Under the pieces are notes generated by a model. The model saw nothing but the letters and a program-made list of their open reading frames with translations, had not been told where the DNA came from and did not search any database. Below, in pieces: positions 8,731 through 16,869 of a DNA stretch of 27,511 nucleotides. The DNA is from Acidobacteriota bacterium. Lineage in GTDB: Bacteria > Acidobacteriota > Thermoanaerobaculia > Multivoradales > UBA5704. Made by a program: the position numbers and the translations under genes. Each line of letters begins with the position of its first letter. Positions within the stretch are counted from its first letter, which is position 1. Where the stretch lies: assembly GCA_040005235.1 (NCBI GenBank), contig JBDTZG010000067.1, positions 1 to 27,511 of the forward strand. The letters are read 5' to 3'.

Positions 8731-9444
8731 ATGGCCCGGACGATCTCGATGGCTTCGTTGGCTCCGACCACGCCCAAGACCGTGGAGGGCGCGGTTGGCG
8801 CGGTGCTCGCGGGCTCGATCTCCGAGATCACCCAGCGGAGCATCTATCGCCGGCTCGGGCCGCTCGCCCAGATCGCGGTGGAAGACCTTTGCGAGGTCGA
8901 CCGGCGCCGCGTGCTGTCGGACCTCGAAAGCTCCGTCCGCCTGTTCGCGAAGAACGGCAGCACCGAGCTGATGGCGGCCTGCACCCGGGCGCTCTCGGGG
9001 AGCCCCACCGTGGCGCCCGCCCGGCTCGGCGTTCCGATCGGTCCGAAGCGGCTGCCGATCGAGGCGGAAAAAGACATCGCCGCCGCCCGGCTCGACGCCT
9101 GGTCCGAAGCGGTCCGGCTGGGGCTTTCGAAGTTCAAGTCGGTCAAGGTCGCGACCGCGGTCTCCGAGCTGGCGAGGAACATCGTGTTCTACGCCGGCCA
9201 AGGGATGATCGAGCTGCGGCCGCGGCTCGACGAGGGGGAGCCGCGGCTGGAGATCATCGCCCGCGATTCCGGTCCGGGGATCGACGCGGCGAAGCTGCAG
9301 ACGATCTTTGCCGGCACCTACCGGTCCGATCGCGGCATGGGCAAAGGGCTCGCCGCGGTCAAGAAACTGACCGACGAATTCGCGATCGAGACCGCGCCGG
9401 GGCGCGGCACGATCGTCACTTGCGCTTTCCAAGGAGAGCGGTGA
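8731..9444 (+). CDS. rsbT: RsbT-like switch kinase with a ~100-aa N-terminal extension
   Basis: IEAEKDIAAAR, VATAVSELARNIVFYAGQG (N box), ARDSGPGI (G1), RGMGKGLAAVKKLTDEFAIETAPGRGT. Confidence 0.88.
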   Translation: MARTISMASLAPTTPKTVEGAVGAVLAGSISEITQRSIYRRLGPLAQIAVEDLCEVDRRRVLSDLESSVRLFAKNGSTELMAACTRALSGSPTVAPARLGVPIGPKRLPIEAEKDIAAARLDAWSEAVRLGLSKFKSVKVATAVSELARNIVFYAGQGMIELRPRLDEGEPRLEIIARDSGPGIDAAKLQTIFAGTYRSDRGMGKGLAAVKKLTDEFAIETAPGRGTIVTCAFQGER

Positions 9445-10031
9445 AAGCGGGCGGTTGGAGCCGTCCCTTTCGCGGGCTGGCCGCATGCGGAGACCAATTT
9501 CTGGCCGAGGCGGTGGCCGACGGCTATCTCGCCGCGGTGATCGACGGGCTCGGCCATGGTCACGAAGCGTCGCTCGCCGCGATTCGCGCCGTCGAGGCGA
9601 TCCGCCAGACGCATGATTTGACCGTCGAGGAGATCGTTCTGCATTGCCACGAGGCGTTGCGCGAGACGCGCGGCGCGGCGATCGGCGTGCTCAAAGTCGA
9701 TCCCGCGACGGGCAAGGGAAACTTCTGCGGCGTCGGCAACATCGACGTGATCGCCCTGGCCGGCGCCTCGCCGGGCCTGTTCTGCTCGGCCGGAATCGTC
9801 GGCCACAACCTGCGGCGCTGCCGCACGATGCCGTTCGCGATGAAGGCGGGCGATGTCTACTGCCTGGTGTCCGACGGTGTCTCGACGCGCGGCGATCTGC
9901 GCTTCGCCTTGCCGGGAGAGCCCGAGGAGGTGGCGCGCCGGATCGTCGAGAAGTTCGGCCGCGACCACGACGACGCGACCGCATTGGTCATGGGATTTTC
10001 TGCCGGGGAGCTGCTCGGTGCCCCGGCGTGA
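9441..10031 (+). CDS. rsbX: RsbX-like PP2C/SpoIIE-family phosphatase
   Basis: SRP...ACGD, AVIDGLGHG, CHEALRETRGAA, GVGNI, GIVG, LVSDGV, HDDAT. AAGGAG RBS and GTGA overlap with rsbT. Confidence 0.88.
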   Translation: MKAGGWSRPFRGLAACGDQFLAEAVADGYLAAVIDGLGHGHEASLAAIRAVEAIRQTHDLTVEEIVLHCHEALRETRGAAIGVLKVDPATGKGNFCGVGNIDVIALAGASPGLFCSAGIVGHNLRRCRTMPFAMKAGDVYCLVSDGVSTRGDLRFALPGEPEEVARRIVEKFGRDHDDATALVMGFSAGELLGAPA

Positions 10032-10081
10032 GACGAGAGCTTAGAGCTTCGGCTCCATTCGTTATTCGGAGGAGGTAAGTG

Positions 10082-10504
10082 ATGGCGTATGACACGCAGG
10101 TGGGAAGTCAAAAAGCCTATTTCATCGAGCCGGACATCATGGCCATGGAATTTTCCGGCATCGTCCTGCCCGAGGAAGGCCGCGAGATGTGCCGGCGCCA
10201 AGAGGAATGGGCGGTGGGGCGCAAGCGGGTGTTCTTCCTGATCGATGCGAGCAAGCTCGAAAAGATCGAGCCCGAGGTCCGGAAGATCGCCAACGAAAGC
10301 ATGCAGCGCATGCCGGTGCGCGGTCTTTCGATCCACAGCGCGCCGCTTAAAGCGCGGGTGATCATCAAGCTCCTGATGACCGCCTTCAAGCTGTTCGGCG
10401 ACAAGGCCGACCAGGCGCCGCTCGTGTATTTCGCCAACCGCGAAGAGGCGACCGCTTGGATCATCGAGCGCCGGAACGCTTTGGACGCCGCGCAGGTCGC
10501 CTGA
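10082..10504 (+). CDS. STAS/SEC14-like (SpoIIAA-like) domain protein
   Basis: GGAGGAGG RBS; FSGIVLPEE...FFLIDASKLEKIEPEVRK...YFANREEATAWI has the family-typical C-terminal F-x-x-x-E-E-A-x-x-W. Confidence 0.72.
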   Translation: MAYDTQVGSQKAYFIEPDIMAMEFSGIVLPEEGREMCRRQEEWAVGRKRVFFLIDASKLEKIEPEVRKIANESMQRMPVRGLSIHSAPLKARVIIKLLMTAFKLFGDKADQAPLVYFANREEATAWIIERRNALDAAQVA

Positions 10505-10527
10505 GCCGGAACTTCAAGGAGAGAGAG

Positions 10528-11202
10528 ATGAACGAGGGAGAAACCATCGATATTCCGTACCGCCGGATTCAGCGCGTGATCGAGGCGCTGTCCTATGCGA
10601 GCGTCGACGAGTTCGAGCCGAGCCTCGAACTGCTTCGTTCGTTCGACGATGAGGACGCGTTCTCCGAGCTGGAGACCGCCTTCACCGTTTTCGTCGAGGA
10701 GCTGGGGGAGGCCAAGCGGGCGCTCAAAGAGGCGCTCGAACGGCACGAGGTCACCAACCGCGAACTGGAAGCGAAGCTGCAGACGATCGAACTGCAGCAG
10801 GCGGCGATCCGCGATCTTTCGACGCCGATCATCGAGGTCTGGTCCGGCGTGCTCTGCCTGCCGGTGGTGGGCATCGTCGATAGCCAGCGCAGCGCCGAGA
10901 TGACCGAAACGCTGCTCGAAACCATCGTGGCGAAGCAGTCGCGCCTGGCGATCGTCGACATCACGGGGATCGACGTGATGGACACCAAGACCGCCGACCA
11001 CTTCATCAAGATGGCCAAGGCGGTGCGCCTGCTCGGTGCCGACTGCATCATCAGCGGGATCAATCCGGCGATCGCCCAGACGCTCACCCACATTGGCGTC
11101 GACCTGACCGGCGTCCGGACCCTGCGCAGCCTGCGCGACGCACTGCAGCTCTACCTCCGGGAGGCCGAACAGCTCGGCATGAACGTCCGGGCGGCGGTCT
11201 AG
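10528..11202 (+). CDS. rsbR: Stressosome RsbR-like protein (HAMP-like/coiled-coil N-terminus plus STAS)
   Basis: QQAAIRDLSTPIIEVWSGVLCLPVVGIVDSQRS...IVDITGIDVMDTKTADH...AVRLLGA..IISGINPAIAQTL is the RsbR STAS signature; AAGGAG RBS. Confidence 0.9.
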   Translation: MNEGETIDIPYRRIQRVIEALSYASVDEFEPSLELLRSFDDEDAFSELETAFTVFVEELGEAKRALKEALERHEVTNRELEAKLQTIELQQAAIRDLSTPIIEVWSGVLCLPVVGIVDSQRSAEMTETLLETIVAKQSRLAIVDITGIDVMDTKTADHFIKMAKAVRLLGADCIISGINPAIAQTLTHIGVDLTGVRTLRSLRDALQLYLREAEQLGMNVRAAV

Positions 11203-11655
11203 ATGGCGATCCTCGAGGCGGCGCCGGCCCCTTCGGTTCGCACCCTCGCGATCCAAGGACGAAGCGACGTCGTCTCGGCCGGCTCGCTCGCGCGCCGGAT
11301 GGCGCTCGAAGCGGGGTTCGGCCACCGCCGGGCCCGCGAGGTGGCGATCGTGGTTTGCGAGCTCGCCTCGAACCTGGTCCGCCATGCGGGCGGCGGCTCG
11401 CTCCACCTGGAAGCCGCGAACGACGGCCCCCGGCCGTTGATCTCGGTTTCCGCCCGTGATGCCGGGCCGCCGATCGTCGACCTCGCGATGGCCGTCATCG
11501 ATCATTGCGACGGCGGCGGCCCGATCGATCCCTCGCTCCTGCTGCGCCGCGGGGGACTGGGCACCGGCTTGGGCGCCGTCCTCCGCCTCGCCGATTTGTT
11601 CGAGTACCACGCCACCCTGGAAGGCAAGGACATCAGGGCGCGGCTGTTGGGTTAG
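11203..11655 (+). CDS. Second RsbT-like anti-sigma/serine kinase (HATPase_c)
   Basis: SDVVSAGSLARRMA..AGF, EVAIVVCELASNLVRHAGGG (N box), ARDAGP, GGLGTGLGAVLRLADLF. Confidence 0.82.
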   Translation: MAILEAAPAPSVRTLAIQGRSDVVSAGSLARRMALEAGFGHRRAREVAIVVCELASNLVRHAGGGSLHLEAANDGPRPLISVSARDAGPPIVDLAMAVIDHCDGGGPIDPSLLLRRGGLGTGLGAVLRLADLFEYHATLEGKDIRARLLG

Positions 11656-11692
11656 GGGATATCATCCCCCCATGAAGCGCGAGCTCTGAGGG

Positions 11693-12553
11693 TTGAAGAT
11701 CCCGATCCGAGGACCGTTCGACGCGCCGTGGCTCGGCGCGTTCCTGGGGACGCGGGCGATCCCCGGGCTCGAAAGCGTCGCCGCGGGGGAGTACCGCCGC
11801 GCGTTGCGCGGGCGGGGGGCGGTGATGGGCATCCGCTTCGGCAAGCGCTCGCTGGACGTACGGTGGGCCGGCGCCCTCGCCCCTTCAGAAGTTTCCGCGC
11901 TGGTCGGCCGGCTGTTCGATCTCGACGCCCCGCTCGCCGAGCTGCACGCGCTCGCCGCCGCCGATTCGATCCTCGCGCCGCTCGTCGCCGCCCGGCCGGG
12001 GATGCGGCTGCCGGTCTACGACGACCCGTTCGAGGCGCTGATCCGCGCAATCCTGGGCCAGCAGGTGAGCGTCGCGGCGGCGCGCACGATAGGCGGCCGG
12101 ATGGTCGCGCGTTTCGGCCGTCCGGCACCCGCGCTCTCGGCCGGCGAAGAGCCGCTGCGCTTCTTTCCCGAGCCGGAGACGCTCGTCGCGGCGGGGGAGG
12201 AGGCGCTCCGTGAGCTGGGCCTCACAGGAGCCAAGGCGCGCTCGATCCTCGGCTGCTCGGACCTCGTCGCCTCCGGCGCGATCGACCTCGTCGCGCTACG
12301 AAAAACACCGGCCGACGCGGCGACCGCCGCATTGCGCGCCCTCCCCGGAGTCGGACCGTGGACCGCGGCCTACCTGCGGCTGCGCGGCCTGGGCGATCGC
12401 GACGCGTTTCCCGCCGGAGATCTTGGAGTGAGGAAGGCGCTCGCGGCAAACGGAGAAAAGCTCGCGAGCGAAGCCGCCGCAGAGCGGAGGTCCGAAGCGT
12501 GGCGCCCCTGGAGGGGCTACGCCACGCTGCATCTTTGGGCCGGGTTGGGGTAG
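11693..12553 (+). CDS. alkA: DNA-3-methyladenine glycosylase II (AlkA, HhH-GPD)
   Basis: RAIPGLE, RLFDLDA, DPFEALIRAILGQQVSVAAA, LRALPGVGPWTA (HhH), DAFPAGD, WRPWRGYATLHLW. Start is uncertain (see findings). Confidence 0.9.
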   Translation: MKIPIRGPFDAPWLGAFLGTRAIPGLESVAAGEYRRALRGRGAVMGIRFGKRSLDVRWAGALAPSEVSALVGRLFDLDAPLAELHALAAADSILAPLVAARPGMRLPVYDDPFEALIRAILGQQVSVAAARTIGGRMVARFGRPAPALSAGEEPLRFFPEPETLVAAGEEALRELGLTGAKARSILGCSDLVASGAIDLVALRKTPADAATAALRALPGVGPWTAAYLRLRGLGDRDAFPAGDLGVRKALAANGEKLASEAAAERRSEAWRPWRGYATLHLWAGLG

Positions 12554-12557
12554 GGCT

Positions 12558-13184
12558 CTACTTTCGGCCGCCGAACAGCGAGCCGAGCAGGCCGGTGCCC
12601 ATCTGCATCGCTTCGTCCATCATCGAACCGTCGTGGTTCTTGTCGAGCAGGCCGCCGAGCATCCCCATCAGGCCCGGCTGCTGGGCTTGGGCGTGCTCGT
12701 GCTCGCGGCCCAGAAGATCGGTGAGGCCGCCGGTATCGAGCCCCTGCGTGCTCTTCGCCTTGCCGAGGACTCCCAGGACCAACGGGGCGAGCAGCGGCAG
12801 CAGGCGCACGATCTGGGAGAGGTCGAGACCGCTCGCCTTCGCGAGCCCCTGCTCGGCCGCGCCCCGGTTGTTGCCCAGGATGTGACCGAGGATGCTGCCG
12901 CCGATTCCCCCGCCGCCGATTCCACCGCCGCCCTGGCTCGCCTGAAGCTCCGAAAAGACATTGATCGCCGAATCGAGGATGCTGCCGTCGTGCTGCGCGA
13001 GAGCGCTGTGCAGGGCGTCGGCGCCGCCCGGCTGCTGCGCGTTCTTGGCCATGCCGGTGACCAGCATCGGAATCGCGGCCTGGATCGCCTTGGCGGTCGC
13101 GCCGGGATCGGCGCCGAGCATTTCGGCGATCTGGTCGGTATGGCCGCCGAGCTGGGATGTGAGCTGTTCGAAAATCGAAGACAT
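12558..13184 (-). CDS. DUF937-family protein (Gly-rich)
   Basis: AIPMLVTGMAKNA..GGADALHSAL..HDGSILD, ILGHILG, LLPLLAPLVLGVLGK, LLDKNHDGSMMD; AAGGAG RBS. Confidence 0.8.
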   Translation of the reverse strand: MSSIFEQLTSQLGGHTDQIAEMLGADPGATAKAIQAAIPMLVTGMAKNAQQPGGADALHSALAQHDGSILDSAINVFSELQASQGGGGIGGGGIGGSILGHILGNNRGAAEQGLAKASGLDLSQIVRLLPLLAPLVLGVLGKAKSTQGLDTGGLTDLLGREHEHAQAQQPGLMGMLGGLLDKNHDGSMMDEAMQMGTGLLGSLFGGRK

Positions 13185-13342
13185 GGGGGGCTCTCCTTAA
13201 GGAAACGGGCGAATGTGCGACCGCGAGGTTACCGCGAAACGCGCCATTTGGACTCAATTTCGAGCCGTCGGTCCCATCGTGGCCCGCTAACACCTTCGGC
13301 GCACACCCGGAAACTGTATAAGGACATCTCCGGGAGGGTTTT

Positions 13343-14791
13343 ATGGCGCCTTCGAGAATTCTCTTCGAGCCGTTTCGTATCAAGAGTGTAGAGCCGATTC
13401 GAATCACCTGCCGCGACGAACGGGCGCAGATTTTGGCGAGCGCGAGTTGGAATCTTTTCAAGGTGCGCTCCGAGGACGTGCTGATCGACCTGTTTACCGA
13501 TTCCGGCACCGGCGCCATGTCGGACAGCCAGTGGGCCGCGCTGCAACGAGGCGACGAGGCGTACGCCGGCAGCCGGTCGTGGTTTCGCTTCGAGGCGCGG
13601 GTCCGCGAGCTGACCGGCCTGCCGCAGATCCTGCCCACCCACCAGGGGCGGGCGGCGGAGCGCATCCTGTTCAGCTGCCTCGGCGTGGCGGGTAAACGGG
13701 TGATCAACAACACCCATTTCGACACCACGCGCGCCAACATCGAGGCGCTGGGCGGGATCGCGGTCGACCTCGCGATTCCGGAGGCGCGCGAGCCCGCCCT
13801 GGACCATCCGTTCAAAGGGAACATGGATCTCGGCCGGCTCGAACAAATGCTCGGCCAAAAGAGTGCCGACCGCGCGACCCCGCCGGTCGCCGCGGTGATG
13901 CTCACCATCACCAACAACTCGGGCGGCGGCCAACCCGCCTCGCTCGCCAACCTGCGCGCCACGTCGCAGCTCTGCCACCGCTATGGCGTGCCGTTCTTTC
14001 TCGACGCCTGCCGCTTCGCCGAGAACGCCTTCTTCATCAAGCTGCGCGAGCCGGGCCAGGGCGACCGGACGGTCGAGGAGATCGCCCACGAGATGTTCTC
14101 GTTGGCCTCCGGCGCGACGTTCTCGGCCAAGAAGGACGGTCTGGCCAACATCGGCGGCTTTCTCGGGCTCACCGACGAGCACCTCGCTCAGAGGTGCAAG
14201 GAGCTGCTGCTGCTCACGGAGGGCTTTCCCACCTACGGCGGCCTCGCCGGGCGCGACCTCGAAGCGATCGCGGTCGGCCTGACCGAGGTGGTGGACGAAA
14301 ACTATCTGCGCCACCGCATCGAGACCACCCGCCTGTTCGGCCGCGGCCTGGCCGCCGCGGGCCTGCCGATCATCGAACCGCCGGGAGGCCACGCGATCTA
14401 TGTCGACGCCGGAAGCCTCCTGCCGCACATTACGCCGCACGAGTTGCCCGGCCAGGCGCTCGCCTGTGCGCTCTACCTCGAAGGGGGGGTCCGCTCGGTC
14501 GAAATCGGCTCGCTGATGTTCGGCGGCATCGATCCCTCCACCGGCAAGGAGCGCTTCGCGCCTCTGGAGTTGGTCCGACTCGCCCTGCCGCGCCGGGTCT
14601 ACACCAAGAGTCACCTCGATTACGTAATCGAAGTGGCGGCCGAGGTGGCCGCCAAACGCTTCGAGATCTCGGGCCTAAGGATCGTCGAGCAGGCCGACAG
14701 CCTGCGCCATTTCACCGCTCGCTTAGAGCCGATCGCAGGCGCCGATTCGCGGGAAATGATGGCCTGGGAGCCGGAAGCGGCGAGGGCCTGA
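13343..14791 (+). CDS. tnaA: Tryptophanase (tryptophan indole-lyase)
   Basis: EPFRIKSVEPI, IDLFTDSGT, GDEAYAG, THQGRAAE, SAKKDG (PLP Lys), EGFPTYGGL. HFDTT (Asp) and LRHFTA (His) are the tryptophanase residues; tyrosine phenol-lyase has Thr and Phe there. Confidence 0.88.
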   Translation: MAPSRILFEPFRIKSVEPIRITCRDERAQILASASWNLFKVRSEDVLIDLFTDSGTGAMSDSQWAALQRGDEAYAGSRSWFRFEARVRELTGLPQILPTHQGRAAERILFSCLGVAGKRVINNTHFDTTRANIEALGGIAVDLAIPEAREPALDHPFKGNMDLGRLEQMLGQKSADRATPPVAAVMLTITNNSGGGQPASLANLRATSQLCHRYGVPFFLDACRFAENAFFIKLREPGQGDRTVEEIAHEMFSLASGATFSAKKDGLANIGGFLGLTDEHLAQRCKELLLLTEGFPTYGGLAGRDLEAIAVGLTEVVDENYLRHRIETTRLFGRGLAAAGLPIIEPPGGHAIYVDAGSLLPHITPHELPGQALACALYLEGGVRSVEIGSLMFGGIDPSTGKERFAPLELVRLALPRRVYTKSHLDYVIEVAAEVAAKRFEISGLRIVEQADSLRHFTARLEPIAGADSREMMAWEPEAARA

Positions 14792-14827
14792 TACTGCTAC
14801 AATCGCCCCCCTCGAAGGAGATCCCCG

Positions 14828-15241
14828 ATGGCTCATGACCTGTTCTCGCACGACTGGGTGGGCGCTTGGCGCCAGGCGATTCAAGCGAGCGAAGAGCTGC
14901 GCGCCAAGAACGGCTGGCGCTGGCCGCTCGTCCTGGTGGCTCGCGGCGTCGGCCGGATCGAAGAGCGGGCGGTCTTTCTCGACCTCTGTGACGGTGAATG
15001 TCGGGAGGCGCGGGTGGCGACGGCGCAGGATCTCGAACAGGTCCCCTACATCCTGGCCGCCGAGCTGGCGATCTGGAAGCGCTTGATGGAACGCGCGCTC
15101 GAACCGCTCGCCGGCGTCATGAAAGGGCAACTCAAGCTGGTGCGCGGCAGCATTGCCTCGCTTCTTCCCTACGCTTCGGCGGCCAAAGAGCTGGTCGCGG
15201 CGGCGATTCGCGTCGAAACCAGCTTCCCCGAGGGAATCTAG
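14828..15241 (+). CDS. SCP2 sterol/lipid-binding domain protein
   Basis: FSHDWV.AW...LDLCDGECREARV...WKRLMERALEPLAGVMKGQLKLVRG; GAAGGAG RBS; own TGCTACAAT element at 14795-14803. Confidence 0.8.
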   Translation: MAHDLFSHDWVGAWRQAIQASEELRAKNGWRWPLVLVARGVGRIEERAVFLDLCDGECREARVATAQDLEQVPYILAAELAIWKRLMERALEPLAGVMKGQLKLVRGSIASLLPYASAAKELVAAAIRVETSFPEGI

Positions 15242-15343
15242 GAGTAGTATGCCGCGTTCAACGTCCTGCAGCTGACACCGCAAATCGAATCGTGTCCGCT
15301 ATGTAAGCGGAAGCTCCAGAAACTGCCGTCTCGAGGGCCGCCT

Positions 15344-16030
15344 ATGAAATCGCTTCCGATTCTGCTCGCTCTCGCTCTTCCGCTCACCGCCGGCCCCGCT
15401 GTTTGCGCCCCCTCGATCCTCAATCCGGTGCACCTCGCAGGCCTGTCCCCCAAAATCCTCTCCCTCGCGCTCGCGGCGTCCGATCGGGCGCTCGCCGAGA
15501 TCCGGGTGGCCAACCCCAAACTGCTCACCGTGATCGACTACTCACGCCCCTCGACCGAGCCGCGCCTCTTCGTGCTCGACCGGACGACCGGCACGGTGTT
15601 GCGTAAAGAGCTGGTGGCGCACGGTCAGGGGACGGGAGAAAACTACGCGACGGCCTTCTCGAACGACGAGGGAAGCCATCAGTCGAGCCTCGGCCTGTTT
15701 CTCACCGAGGACACCTACCTGGGAAGCAACGGCTACTCCCTTCGCCTGCGCGGTCTGGAGCCGGGGGTGAACGACCGGGCGGAAGAGCGGGCGATCGTGA
15801 TGCACGGTGCCCCGTACGTCAGCGCCGAATTCGCGCGCCAACACGGTCGCCTCGGGCGGAGCTGGGGTTGTCCCGCCCTCAGCCAAGAAGTCGCCCACGA
15901 GGTGATCGATCAGATCCAAGGCGGCTCGCTGGTCTTCGCCTACTACCCCGATTACCGCTGGCTCGGCTCTTCCCGCTTCCTCGAAGCGGTACATTTCGCG
16001 AGGCACGCGGGCGTCAATTCGGGGCGGTAG
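15344..16030 (+). CDS. Secreted murein L,D-transpeptidase catalytic-domain protein (YkuD_2-like)
   Basis: Signal peptide; LTVIDYSRPS..PRLFVLD, VAHGQG, FSN..GSHQSSLG, RAIVMHGA (His), GRSWGCPA (catalytic Cys). Confidence 0.88.
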   Translation: MKSLPILLALALPLTAGPAVCAPSILNPVHLAGLSPKILSLALAASDRALAEIRVANPKLLTVIDYSRPSTEPRLFVLDRTTGTVLRKELVAHGQGTGENYATAFSNDEGSHQSSLGLFLTEDTYLGSNGYSLRLRGLEPGVNDRAEERAIVMHGAPYVSAEFARQHGRLGRSWGCPALSQEVAHEVIDQIQGGSLVFAYYPDYRWLGSSRFLEAVHFARHAGVNSGR

Positions 16031-16032
16031 AC

Positions 16033-16857
16033 TTACCCGCCTCCCAGCCGCTCGAAGACCGCCAACGGAATCCGCAGCTTCCCTTCCGTCACCAGGCCCA
16101 GCCGGCCCGCGCCGAGATCGACGAACCGCACCCGTTCGAATTTCGGGTGCAAGTCGGCCAGATCGTGGGGAAGCGCCAGACGCAAATTCTCCGGGCCGAG
16201 CGCGCGGGAAAGCGCCGCGGTGAGGCGGCTGCGCAGAAACTCGCCGAGGGCGCGGATGTCGAGCACCCGTTTGAGCGCTCCGTCGGTGGCGACCCCGAGG
16301 ACGTGGGTGTCGACGACGATCCCCTCAGGGCCGATGCGCGGCACCAGCTCGAAGCGCGCCGCGCCGTCCTGGCGGAACAGCAGGCGCGGGGGACCCGGGT
16401 TCCACAGGTCGCCGACCGCGGGGCGGCAGAAATACCACTCGTAGCGGCCGGCGACGTAGAGCGCCGCGGCGATCTTCCTGGGCGCGGGCGGCTTGGATGG
16501 AGCCGGCGGGGAGAGGGTCGCGGCGCGCAGGTCGAGGCGGTCGCCGCACAGCTCGGCGCGGTTCGCTTGGCGCCGCACGACGCTCAAGATCTTCGCTTGG
16601 AGATCGGCGAGATCGACGGCAATCGAAAGATCGCCCACCGCGCCATCCGGAGTCTCGGTCAGGCGAATCCGGCCGGAGAGGGCGAGCCTCACGGGCACGC
16701 CGCCGATCTCTTCGACCACCGGATCGGCGCGGATTTCGAGCGGTATCGCGACCTGAGCCGAAGCGGCGCGCGGGCCGCCGGGCGAGCTCAAGAGCCCGGA
16801 GACTCCCAGGGCTGCGGCTAGCCCCAGGGTCGCCCGACGAATTCCGCGCGCGGTCAT
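16033..16857 (-). CDS. Hypothetical exported protein
   Basis: N-terminal RR plus a hydrophobic stretch and ASA-Q cleavage; starts 12 bp after the TonB receptor stop, so probably co-transcribed. Confidence 0.6.
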   Translation of the reverse strand: MTARGIRRATLGLAAALGVSGLLSSPGGPRAASAQVAIPLEIRADPVVEEIGGVPVRLALSGRIRLTETPDGAVGDLSIAVDLADLQAKILSVVRRQANRAELCGDRLDLRAATLSPPAPSKPPAPRKIAAALYVAGRYEWYFCRPAVGDLWNPGPPRLLFRQDGAARFELVPRIGPEGIVVDTHVLGVATDGALKRVLDIRALGEFLRSRLTAALSRALGPENLRLALPHDLADLHPKFERVRFVDLGAGRLGLVTEGKLRIPLAVFERLGGG

Positions 16858-16869
16858 CTCAAAGGGAGC

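Noticed and set aside
11687-11689. Selenocysteine recoding of the alkA in-frame TGA
   Set aside because: AlkA has no conserved Cys at this position, and I could not identify a bacterial SECIS downstream.
13343-14791. Tyrosine phenol-lyase assignment
   Set aside because: FDTT and LRHF match the tryptophanase specificity residues, not the FTTT and LRFF of tyrosine phenol-lyase.
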